This document shows positions 53,100-64,000 of a stretch of 64,000 nucleotides of DNA, piece after piece (position 1 is the first letter of the stretch; every line of letters starts with the position of its first letter). The stretch comes from Phoronis australis (Eukaryota > Animalia > Phoronida). The DNA lies in the NCBI GenBank assembly GCA_002633005.1, contig NMRA01000102.1:945356-1009355 (forward strand). The letters run 5' to 3'. The position numbers were made by a program, and so were the translations under genes. Under the pieces are notes generated by a model that made no database searches, was not told the DNA's origin, and was given only the letters and a program-made list of their open reading frames with translations.

Positions 53100-56000
53100 T
53101 TCTCCTGTGGTGATGGCACGAGGAATTGTCGGTTTCTGCGAACCCTTCCTGTTGGTGTTTCGATCACAAACGATCCGTCAACATTCCTGTGTTTTACTGT
53201 TCCGAACTGTCTCAGAGATCTGTCCCATACCGTGTCATTTTAATTTAGAGGTGGTAAGGTTCTGGCACGGTGCCGGTGATCATATTGATCCTTTTCTTTC
53301 AACTTATTTTTCTGCTCAATTGTCTGCACCGTCTCCACATACTCCCAACACGGTACGAAGTTTTTCCGATTTTCCGGTAGTTTTGTGCGCAACTTCCTAC
53401 CCATTACAAGCTCAGCCGGACTATTATAACCTTTTCTTATAGATGTAGCGCGATAGCTAAGAATAGCAGCATTAGGGTCTTTCGAACCCGATATTAAACG
53501 TTTCACCGTCTGAACCGCTCTTTCCGCCTCCGCGTTACTCTGGGGATACCGAGGGCTACTTGTTCGGTGGGTAAATCCGTATTCCGTTGCAAAGCCATGA
53601 AATTCTGAACTAGAATATTGTCCTGCGTTATCTGACACAAATATCACTGGGATGCCATGGCGCGCAAAAACCGAACGCAAATGTGTGATAACGCTCGTAG
53701 AAGTGCTTCTATGCAATTTTGCAATCTCAATAAACCTTAAGAAATAGTCGACAGCCAACAGGTATTCATTGCCTTTAAAGTGAAATATGTCAGATCCAAG
53801 TTTTTGCCATGGGAAATCAGGGAAGAGATCAATAACAAGCGGTTCTGCTTGGTCGGATCGACGCTGAATGCAAATCCTGCAGTTTTTTTACAACGTATTC
53901 AATCTCCCTTCCAATATCCGGCCACCTTACAGAGTTCTTAGCACGTTCGCGGCATTTCACAATCCCTTGGTGATCCTCGTGGAATTTTTCCAATATCTCC
54001 ACTCTCAAGCTCGCGGGTATTATCAACCGATTTCCACGGAAAAGTAAGCCATGACTAAATGTCAGCTCATCCCGTAGTTGCAGAAGTAATGTTTGGACTT
54101 TCATATCCGGGCCAACCGTTTAAACAATAATCAACAATCACTCGCAGTATCGAATCGGACTAAATACCGCGTCGTTCCTCTGATGCAGGTAAGTGGTCAA
54201 CTACTGCCTGAATGTATTGTTCCACTTCCTCATGCAACTCGGCATCAGATTCTTTTAGGGGTCCAGTTAATGGCGATCTAGAAAGTGCGTCCGCAATATA
54301 AAGCGTCTTTCCCGGAACATGGCCAATATTGTACTCCAAGCGCATCAGCCTCATTCGAAACCTTTGTATACGCGGAGACAAGTCGGTGAGCGGTTTCGAT
54401 CCAAGGAGTGAAACGAGAGGTTTGTGACTCGTTTCTATTTGGAACACTTTTCCAATCAAATACTCTGAGAATTGATCACAGGCCCAGGTTACTGCTAAAG
54501 CCTCCTTTTCAATTTGCGCATATCTCTGTTCTGTTGCATACATAGCTCGGGAGGTATACGCGACCGGAGGAAACCCTTCCTCACCGCTCTTTTTTGCATA
54601 AGAACAACCCCGAGACCAAAAGATGATGCGTCTGACGAGACCACTGTTTCAGCACGCGGATCATACAACGAAAGTACCGGCGCTTGGTATAGTTCACTTT
54701 TAAGACTTTCGAAAGCTCGCCTTTGATCCACATCCCAAACCCATTCAGACTCTTTTGCTAACAACTCTCGAATAGGTTTCGACAAGTCCGCAATGTTTTG
54801 AGAAACTTTCCCATTTGGTTTACCATTCCTAAAATCTCCTCACTTCCGAAACATTGGAGGGCTCTGGCAAACTTTTAATTGCTTCCACCGTACGAGGGCC
54901 AGGTCTGATTTCGTTTGCGTCAATCACATGTCCTACGAATGTTATTTCGTTTTTCTCAAATTCACATTTTTATTTGTTCAGGGTTATGCCAGCTTTCGCC
55001 AATTTACGTAACACGAGATCAAGTCTCTCGTCATGCTCTTGTTTCGAGCTCCCGAATATCAAAATATCATCCATTTGGCACACGACTCCTTCTATACGTT
55101 CCAGACGTTCTGACATTTTTCGTTGGAAATGTTCGGGCGCGGACGAAATGCCAAATGGTAATCTGTTAAAACACCAGCGTCCTTGGGGGGTAATAAACGT
55201 TGTTAACAATCGGGACGACTCCGATAACGGGATTTGCCAAAATCCGGAGTTAGCATCAATTTTCGAAAAAATCCGTGCCCCGCTTAGTTGCGCTACTGCT
55301 TGAGTAGTGCTGGGCATTTGGTGTCTTTCGCGCAAAACCGATTTATTTAGCTGAGTAAGATCCACGCACAAGCGGATTTCTCCCGACGGTTTCGGTATCA
55401 TTACGAGTGACGCACACCACTGAGTTGGTTCTTCGGCAAGCGAATTGACCCTTAAGTTTTCCATTAGGTTTAGCTCCGCTCGCACCTTCTCCGTTAGTGG
55501 AAACGGGACTCTTCGCGGCGCAGTCTGAGAAAACGGGACAGCATCCTCCCAAAGCCTAATATGATATTTCGGTCCCTCTATTTTTCCCAGGCCAGAAAAT
55601 AATTCAGGGTACTTTTCATTGATCGCGACGGATCCAAGAAACTCAATAAACCCTAGTTCTTTGCTTGCGTTTTGAATAAGTAATGGTTGCACCAAGTCCT
55701 CCACCACATACACTTTTGTACGAAACTCCCTTCCTTTTGCCCGGAGTTTCGCGGTAAACATCCCTTTTGTGGCCATTTTGTCCCTGTTAGCACGATACAG
55801 TGGGCGATCCGACTTCTGCCGTTTTGGGCTCCCGATATTGCGTCTGTCTTTCTCACTAATGGCCCTAACATCGGCTCCACAATTGCACTTAAGATAAACA
55901 GTATTTCCGCCATACGTTTCAACATTCGCAAACCACGGTTCTGACGCGCGCAGAAACGACCCCAAGGAAACTTTTCTCTGGTTCCTCGTCGGATTGTACA

Positions 56001-56560
56001 GCTCTAAGAGCGGTGCTGTTAGCACATTTTCTGGCGAAGTGTCCTTTACGTTGGCACTTGTAGCATTTCGCGTTCGTACCCGGGAAACTTTTGCCATGCC
56101 TCCCACCGCACGACTTACACCACGGAATGTTTTTTTACGTAATTCATCGACTGCTGCGTCTGGAACCGGACGAACGACCGTTTGCTGTTTTCTAACTGCC
56201 TCTTTTTGTCGGACTTGTCGGATACATTTTTCTAATGTCAGCTCACTGTCCAATTGAAATTGCTCGGACAGTTTATTGTCGCAAATTCCAACAACTATGC
56301 GATCCCGGATCATCTGGTCGCGTAACTGGTCATACATGTACTCACAATGTTCCGATAACGCGTACAGCTCGGTGATAAATATCTCTGCATGTTCCCATTC
56401 GGCTTGATTACGCGCATTAAATTTCGCCCTTTCGAAAATTACATTTCTTTTCGGCACAAAGTAGCGCTCAAACGAATCCAGTACGCGATCATACTCCTTT
56501 CTTTCATCGTCCGTTAGACCGAATGTTTTGAACAAATCCTCGGCCTCTGCCCCAGACTAT
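53100..56560 (-). pseudogene. gag-pol of the Gypsy element, frameshifted
   Basis: Gag FERAKFNARNQ...IRDRIVVGI; degenerate protease KCNCGADV; RT IRLCVDL, KIDANSGFWQI, RLPFGISSAPEHFQ, QMDD; RNase H SSDASSFGLG, EKEALA, ADALSR; integrase HEDHQGIVKC, VDYF, SDNA, PQSNAEAER. Confidence 0.92.
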
Positions 56561-56653
56561 AAATCTACGCGGGTTTATTTGAAACGTGGCCATTTCTCTA
56601 TCAGTTTAACGCGTTTACGAGTTCTTAAATGTTCCAGCTAAATCCTGACCCCA

Positions 56654-56780
56654 TGTTGTGTTACAAAGATAAAGTCCGATAGCTTAAAAGTGTATTTGAT
56701 TACGAGGTCTCTTACCAGCGTGCTACCTTGCGAAAGTCGTCCACACAGCCCCCCCCCCCCTAACGGGCAAGCCGGGAAAC
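56654..56780 (-). repeat. 5' LTR, outer end missing
   Basis: Matches 52630-52753 but lacks the terminal taataggcatacaaca. Confidence 0.88.
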
Positions 56781-57511
56781 GCTTGGGTGACTAGAAAGAC
56801 GGCAGAGGTAAGTGGCATTAAGAACAAAAAGGGCAAAAAGTCAAATAAGAGGTCACAAATAGAAAATAAGTAATGTCTATCCGGAATAAAACAATAGCGA
56901 TTTATTTTCCAGAACTAAAATTTTAATCGATTTGAAATTCGATATCGTGCCAGTATTACAGTTTGTGGCTGAACTAGAATTGTTGCAAACCACTTTCCAC
57001 TATTTTTTAGCCTATTTCTGCATGGTTTTCTGTTCTTTCAAAACAATAGGAGTCAATATAAAATGGCTGCTGAAAAGCAGTGCACAGTTGAAATAACTCG
57101 TCATAAATAAACGAAAACTTTTGATTCAACGAATACTAGATATTTGTGAGAGTTAAATCAAATCCTATTCAGAACATAACTTTGAAGTAGAATAATTGGG
57201 TGAGTACGACAACAAGCCGGTTTTATGCTTAGGCGGACGACCATTGGATTCTCGTGTGTACAATTTAAAAGAGCAATTTTTTAGAAATAGTTTCACATAA
57301 ACTATTTAGCCAATGGGAAGTATTGTTATAATAATGTTTGAAGAATCTCCGAAACCATGTCAGTTTAATAGCTTTGACAAATGACACAATATGGACTGTA
57401 TTCCCACTTCCATTTTCAGATTTCTTTACCATGGACTTTCAAGAGATCATACATGTACATTGTAGACTTGTCCCTTTGAAAATACAGAGATTTGGCGGCC
57501 GATGTATGTCT

Positions 57512-57755
57512 ATGGTGCGTGTAAAACTTCAATCGCTCAAAAGCGGCCAATGCATGCTTGGTAGCGTGCTGGGTGTAAATTTGTACGCAGAGGATGGTCG
57601 TCTGTGGAGAGTTCAATGAGTAAATATAGATTATGTACTATGTCTGTGGTGTGTGTAAAACTGCAGTCGCTCAAGAGCGGGCAATGCATGCTTGGTGGAG
57701 TGCCGAGTGTAAAATTGTACTCAGAGGATCGTCGTCTGTCGAGAGTTCAATGAGT
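57512..57755 (+). repeat. Tandem duplication (~133-bp period) just upstream of the vWA exon
   Basis: tcgctcaa.agcgg.caatgcatgcttggt...tgtaaa.ttgtac.cagaggat.gtcgtctgt.gagagttcaatgagta occurs twice. Confidence 0.85.
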
Positions 57756-57909
57756 AGGCCTATCTATATTTATCTCGAGCTTGTTGGTCACGAGCCACTT
57801 GCGCGTGTCTCAACATTTATCGAACGCGAGCGTGCTTGCAACAATCAGGGAGGTGAACAATTGTAGCTTTGAATTGATAACGGTAGTGCAAAGCAGGCGT
57901 CTTTTGGCT

Positions 57910-58732
57910 ATGGGGTCGTGTTTTCTAATTTTTCTTATGTTAACGTCCGGTTTGCCCACTCTTGGTCAATATCAGCTCGATTATCCAAAGTGTCCCAGTG
58001 GAGACATTATATCTCTTGCAGAGGATTCTGAATCAACCGCTGCTGCGTGGACCGGAATTGCCACATTTGTCTCGCGCTTAGTGGCATCTCTGGAACAGCC
58101 GAGTTTCACAGAAATTCGTGTAGCTACTTATATGTATTCTAAGCATTCTGGTCTTCGTGAAAAAACAGGTTTTTGGAATTCTCACCCATCTTCAAAAAAT
58201 GAATATTTTAAGCACCGTGTTGATGGAAGGGAAGGTAGCGCTCTTGGTCACGCTCTGAAGGAAATACAGCCGAAGGGATTTCCAGATTTCAAGCGAGCAG
58301 CACGGTTTCTGCTTGTATTTGCGGGAGGTGTGCCAGAGGACAGTGACGAATTCGAAGAGGCGATTGAAGAATTGAATTGCAAATACTCTGATGTATTCAG
58401 GATAGCAATTTATGTGTCCAGAGTGGAGCCTAGACAAATGCAACATGTCGCTTATGTTTGCAGGAAATTGGGAAAGGATGGGCATTACTTGTTTCGTCCC
58501 ACTATTGGGAATTATGTGCCAGGGCCAGATGATAAGTTTCCTAATCTCTGGTCCGACGAAGTGGGAAAGGAAATTGCTACACGAATCAATTCTCTGTGCT
58601 GGACACGAAACAATGCTCCTTCTTCACTGCCTTGGGTAGAAACATCTATGTGCAGGGATTTCAAGCCGAGCGGACACACTGCGGAGAGAAGTCGTTTTTG
58701 TACACTAGAGAACACCGTTGTGCCAACACATG
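57910..58732 (+). CDS. First coding exon of a secreted von Willebrand factor A (vWA) domain protein
   Basis: Signal peptide MGSCFLIFLMLTSGLPTLG; vWA pattern C..DIISLAEDSES, FVSRLV, IRVATYMYS, GSALGHAL, RFLLVFAGG, IAIYV; long open frame ends at a G|GTAAGC donor (phase 1). Confidence 0.78.
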
Positions 58733-60479
58733 GTAAGCGCAACTGCATTTGAGTCACTGTTTAATTGTAGCTTTAAATTTTACGCAGTGAAAAAAACAAG
58801 TCGTTTCCAAGGTTTAACCTAGCCTTGTACGCAAAGTGTAAGCTAGTCTTCATACAGCTACATGTACATGTGGCTGGTTGACTACATCTTTTACTTATAA
58901 AAATGTTCATAATTGATGTGAATAACATGAAAAATGACCCCATAGAGGTCACAACTGGCAAAAGGTTGGGTTTAACGACTACAAACATTGATACACAGGC
59001 TGTTGAGTACATCTGTTTCTCGATCACTACTGACTCCACCCACTGTGACTAAACATTATGTTTCTTGTTAGCCTTGGGACAAAGGTGTATAATAAATATA
59101 CAGCTTTGCACCGATGTGTGTAAAAAGTGGTAAAATAAAATCTGTCATAAAATTATTGTCATTAAAAACTACAATCTTCCTCGAGTAAACTAAATTATTT
59201 AACGGTGTTGGAAAAATGGCGTTCTACCGTTATTCTGCTGATAAAGTTGTGGAGCAATCTTTAGCTACGGCTTTCGATGAGATGAAATATTGCGTAACCA
59301 ATTGGCCAGTTTCTTAGTTTCTTTTTCGCTGATTCTTCAATCAACTATTCTTCTTTCGGGAAGTTACGTACACGCCATAACAAATCATCGGAACTGGTTT
59401 CACATCATTATAGCTTTTTGGAATTTTGATACCGAAAAACTGATTTTCAGAAGAAATTTTGCTGCTGCCAAGCTATCATCATCTCCCAAGAGATGTCGCA
59501 AAAAGTTAGGAAATGGCGCGTGCGCGTGTCACGAGCGTACTGTTTTTCAAAACGATGACGGGCTTTTTATTGTTAGAAAAGGCGGAGAGTTACGCAAGAA
59601 AATGACGTTTATTGCATTGTTTTTCACTTAAACGGCTGTAACGGGCAAGTTGAGTATCGGTTGATTCCCACATGTTGCATGCACCCTGTTCGGTCTTTGA
59701 CTTAACATGTTGATACAAGTTTCATGGCGAGGTGACGAGCAGAACTACCCTGGCTGTGTGCAATTTCGGGGTCTACGGAGGAAATACACACTAGCTGTAT
59801 TTTGACGACTGTCTTCATGCAGCTACAGTAGCTGGCTGGCTAGTTTCTTGTATGGTCTGAGTCATTCGGGAATTCTTCAGTCTTTGCATTGATGTGATTG
59901 CCCCGCCAAAAGATTCAAAATTTTGTTTGGTGAGAGTTGTGGTAAAAAAATGTTTAACACGAAATGCACTTCATTTGTTGCCGCAATGCTCGACATTTAC
60001 ATGTAATCAACTCGACAGAGCGAAAAACCCTCCCAGGCCACCAAACGAGGTCGTCAAAAACGAAGTCGCCAACCAAAACAAAAACATCTCGTGCCATTGT
60101 TACCAGTACTAAAAAGATTACGAGATTACGCATATCTGTTCCGTTTCTCCCGTGATTATTCCATGGCTAAATCACAAACAAGGTCCATATTCGAGAGTTG
60201 ACAGTGTTACGGTCTAAAATAATACTTGTTGGTCACTTACCAACTGAATCTCACATGCAAAGAGTTATTTAGTTGTGCAAATTAAAAAAGAATCATCAAA
60301 ATCAGACAATGTTTGAGAAATTTATGCATGTTTTTGTCTATGAATTTGATGCAATTTTAGCGTTACGAGTGGCCATTTTAGAAATTACTATTTTCAACTG
60401 TCAAAAGTAGAAAAAGAACTTTATTTTATTAAGTAAGCAGTTGCTTTGATATGACAGGAATAACTTTATTCACTTTCAG

Positions 60480-60597
60480 AATCACCTAGACAAAGTTGTT
60501 CTTTGTCATTGAGAAATGGCGGGGTTCATCCTAAAACAGGAACTTGTTACGAAATTTGTGAATACTCCGTTTCCAACCCTCACCTACTGTAAAGAAG
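60480..60597 (+). other. Candidate downstream exon (Cys-rich, C-type-lectin-N-terminus-like) with an in-frame stop or 1-bp frameshift
   Basis: ctttcag acceptor; phase-1 translation ESPRQSC...HPKTGTCYEICEY, then a stop, with LTYCKE in the shifted frame. Confidence 0.3.
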
Positions 60598-60923
60598 GTT
60601 AAAAACTTAAGTTCACTCTCTATTAAAAAGAACTGCAGAATATCTTAGCCTAGGCAACCCAACAAATTATTCTATATCTAAACAAACCAGAAGTTTGGAT
60701 ATTGACTAGGTTTCTTCTATAGTGAAAATGGGCAAAAGATGGCTAACAAAATGTATTGTACGTACCCCCATGTGGAATTCAATAACACAGTTGGTCACTG
60801 CAAATGAAATTACAGCCTTTTAAATAACAACATGGTGTTTATTTTCACCAAAGAAAAATAAATGGCCATACTACGTTATGTTAGAGTATGTACGGTTTGT
60901 AGAGTACATGTACGTACATCCAT

Positions 60924-62414
60924 AGACCCTATTCACGCGGCGGCCATTAAGATCCAAAGTGAGGCTCACTGCGATAAACAAAGCGAAAGTAGACATTGCG
61001 TGAGTTAAATAGCCGGTCTTTCGAGACCAACCTGGATATTAAATTTTAATGATGTGTCGACAATTAGCCACAGAGACGTAGAAAATTACATTAGAGAACA
61101 AGTTAAGGCGCCAAAGAGTTGTCTGACGAAAGGGTTTAATTTTTTTCGGAAAACTAGGTTCGAAACATGAAAAGTAAATATGACCAAATTGCGGCGATCG
61201 TAGTGTTACGGATTAGGTATATGCTGAATGCAGGGTTACGTTTTTTCTTGTAAATTGTTGATGAAAAGACTTTCTACGCGGACCAGGTCATCTGCTCGTA
61301 TTGTTGACGAGTTGAAGACATATTCGACAGTGGTGTCTGTCATGTGCAATTAGTCACATCTGATTTAATTTGTTGATCAAGAATATTAACATCAAGCATA
61401 GCCTGGTCCTATGCACTCACTGGGACTAACAGTTGATTTGTCATTGGTCTGAAAGAATAATAAGTATATTTTTATTAAAATAAAAAACCAGGCTCGTAAT
61501 TGAAAATAAAAATTGTTTGACCATCAATGCTTTCTTGGTTGTAATTCTTACGTCTATTTCATGTGTTAGATTTCAAATGTCAATCAGGACCAAGTTGAAT
61601 TTTAAAATTAAAACACCTAATTCGTTCGTCCAAAACATAACATCGTTTTAGAACTCAATTTCAGTTAACTGGACAATGCAATCATAGTTATCATGTTTCT
61701 GCAGAAGCCTCTTTCATCCGAGGGGAACGGTGCCAGTGCCTACTGAGAGGCGATTTTTTCGCCGAGTGAGGGTGGGAACAATCTACCTCCCGATCACCAT
61801 CAATAGCACCCCCGCCCTGTTGCAAGCTCTCATAGGCTCTGCCTCAATTTAAAGTAGCCTTTTGTGCTCTTAAAAATTGTCACCTGTGTGGTTAAAGGTG
61901 ATGTGAACTCAGAGAGATTTTTCACTAGGGGAATTTTTATGCCTCGTGGGGGGAATTTCGCGTGATATTTCAATATGTTTGAGAGGGGAATAGGGCCGAT
62001 ATTGGGCCCCAAATTTGAGGGATTGAGGGCCCAGTCCTTTTTGGAAAGAAAAATTATGTTTCAACCCGTAGCAGGGGCAGATCCAGGTTTTTCAGTGAGG
62101 GGGGGCAGGGCACAGGAATAAGCAGCATTTCGGCAGATGCGCGCGCCCAGCCTAAACTCTGGGGATGCAGGGGTCTTGAATTCTTGGGTTTGCGGACCAG
62201 TTGACTAAAAAAAAAACGGTAAACGGCAACGACCCAACGCTTCTGAATCTCAACGTCTTTAGAGATTGTGAAGCAGACAGTTGCGTGTCCGTATTTTTTC
62301 TAGCCGTTCGCGGAACAACACGGTCTGAAACACAGATCTACGCCGATAAGCTAACAGAGCTATCGTAGCGAGCCTCGTTTTGGAATGCGCCTCCTGTCGG
62401 CGTGAATAGGGTCT
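60924..62414. mobile_element. Non-autonomous TIR DNA transposon (AT target duplication; ISL2EU/Harbinger-like ends)
   Basis: AGACCCTATTCACGC at 60924 and GCGTGAATAGGGTCT ending at 62414, each flanked by AT. Confidence 0.75.
61476..62050 (+). repeat. Dispersed ~570-bp repeat, copy 2, nested within the TIR element
   Basis: Colinear with 51530-52100. Confidence 0.9.
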
Positions 62415-62454
62415 ATGTTTACAAATGCCATTAGTAAGTGAGCAACATTGGTCA

Positions 62455-63055
62455 TAGACATTTTCCCTCCTTAAAATGTTAGGTTAAAAGAGTGTTTATA
62501 GCAAATACATTTGTTTTGAGTAAATTATTAGCATTTGTGTAGTGTACATGCCCCATATTTTAATTTGTGACTATTTTCAAAGTATGGCAAATACATGTAT
62601 GCACATAGATGCTGTGCTTGTTATTTATTCTCTTTGAATTGATTTAGTAAATCAACTAACTCTCAGTAGAGTCTTAGTATTTAGTTACAAATCTGCCATG
62701 TCATTGAAATGTAGTGTGTGTACCCCGATGTGAACAATAACCATGAAACAAAAAATTACACAGTAAGTATGCAATATTTGTCACAGACAGTTTCCTCCAA
62801 TAACAATGCTAGGTTAAAAGGGTGTTAATTACAGATGCATTTATTTTCAGTGAAATATTAGCATTTGTAGTGTACGTACCCTTATTATTTTAACATGTGC
62901 CTGTTTTCAAAGAATGACACACAGGCATACTCATTTTTGCTGTACTTTTGTTTGTTCTCGTTGAATAGATTTGGTTAAGTGAATTAACTCTCAGTAGATT
63001 CTAAGTATTTTTATCAACCTCACAAGTCACTGAAATGTAGTGCACGTACCCCTGT
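62455..63055 (+). repeat. Diverged tandem duplication (~330-bp unit)
   Basis: taggttaaaag.gtgtt...attagcatttgt...ttttcaaag...taactctcagtaga...gaaatgtagtg...tacccc occurs twice. Confidence 0.8.
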
Positions 63056-64000
63056 GAGTGTGCATTGTACGTACCTTCAACCTCTGTGCTATCATAGTTT
63101 ATAGACAACAGATTCGCAACTCCGGCATATCCTTACGTGCTGAGTTGAACTCTCCTGACCTATCTGCTGCAGTTTCCGGTCAGTGTATTTTGACGAGAAA
63201 TACTTGCTTCTACTTTACTGTCCAAAACAACGAAAAAAATATTAATTTCGGCATTGAAACTCTTTCCAAAGTCTTTCAGTGGTAGAAGTGTTGGTATTGT
63301 GAGTACTTTTGGCAATGCTACTGGTAATTAACTACAAAATTCAAACTTTTGTGCCGACTGATTATGTCGTCTGCTTGCCCAATAGCAGCATAGTTGTCGG
63401 ACAGTTTTTGATTTATGGTTCACATAGGCCTACTGAGAAAACTACGAAAGCATTCTCAAGTGAGCAGTTCTTCTGGGAAGTGTTGAGTGGCCCTTAAAAG
63501 GGCCGTTGGTTGTAGCTATAGCGTGAAATGGTTTTTAAAAGAGCCGTTGAATAATTCAACAGTAATCAAACAATATACCATGCTCACTCAAGTACTGAAG
63601 GTCCTTTTCATTCAAGTTTTCATCTGGAAAGGTTGGATGAAAACAGAGGAGATGACAATATCGATGACACCTTATATAAATGTTACCCTGCCTTTTTCAG
63701 TTCTTGTTCCTGGATTCAGAAGTAGCCCAGAACCTTAGGGAAAAAAGACATACTACGAAAACGAATCAAATTTTGAAAATCATCGCCTTCGTGTGAATAC
63801 GTGTTTGGTGTTGCTGTTGCCAGACTGTTGTTCCTCCCCAACATCAATGTCGAAAATCGACGTTACAAGTGAAGCAAACTGGTGTCCTTTGTTTCTAACT
63901 TTTAACCCATTTTTTAAAGAAAGAGGTGTACTGATTTTGTCTAACGTTGATAGAGCATAACTTTTGGTTTTTACAATGCATTAATTGTGTTGAATGCATT

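Larger units (their letters stand above)
52630..56780 (-). mobile_element. Ty3/Gypsy (Mag-like) LTR retrotransposon, decayed near-full-length provirus
   Basis: Two LTRs, PPT (AAAGGGAGA on minus at 52770-52778), PBS-like TGGGGTCAGGA next to the 5' LTR, and gag-PR-RT-RNaseH-IN order. Confidence 0.92.

Noticed and set aside
57781-57909. Upstream extension of the vWA ORF from a TTG start
   Set aside because: The ATG at 57910 directly precedes a signal peptide; the extension is more likely 5' UTR or intron.
59218-59900. Coding-looking stretch (MAFYRYS..., GNGACACHER)
   Set aside because: Broken by stops and frameshifts and no family could be recognised by eye.

Overview
AT-rich eukaryotic genomic DNA, most likely from a marine invertebrate (spliceosomal GT-AG exons, microsatellites, one N gap). 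It is dominated by nested and decayed transposable elements. Host genes are two exons of a Ly6/uPAR (three-finger, quiver-like) GPI-anchored protein on the minus strand (27031-28364) and a signal-peptide + vWA exon on the plus strand (57910-58732). Elements include a decayed RAG1/Transib-type transposase split by a solo LTR and a LINE fragment, and an ~11.3 kb TIR-bounded IS3EU-like element carrying an integrase-core transposase plus HECT E3-ligase pseudogene(s). A young CR1/L2-group LINE has a TSD, poly-A and a virus-like 2A (DIEVNPGP) peptide, and is inserted into a THAP domain. There are also a Mag-like Gypsy provirus, MITEs and tandem repeats. The most striking unexplained signal is the frequent TACATGTA / TAC(A/T)GTA motif. 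Pairwise comparison of repeat copies in this window shows it to be +6/+5 bp insertions at TA sites, consistent with Tc1/mariner excision footprints. All calls were made by eye; boundaries of decayed elements are approximate.
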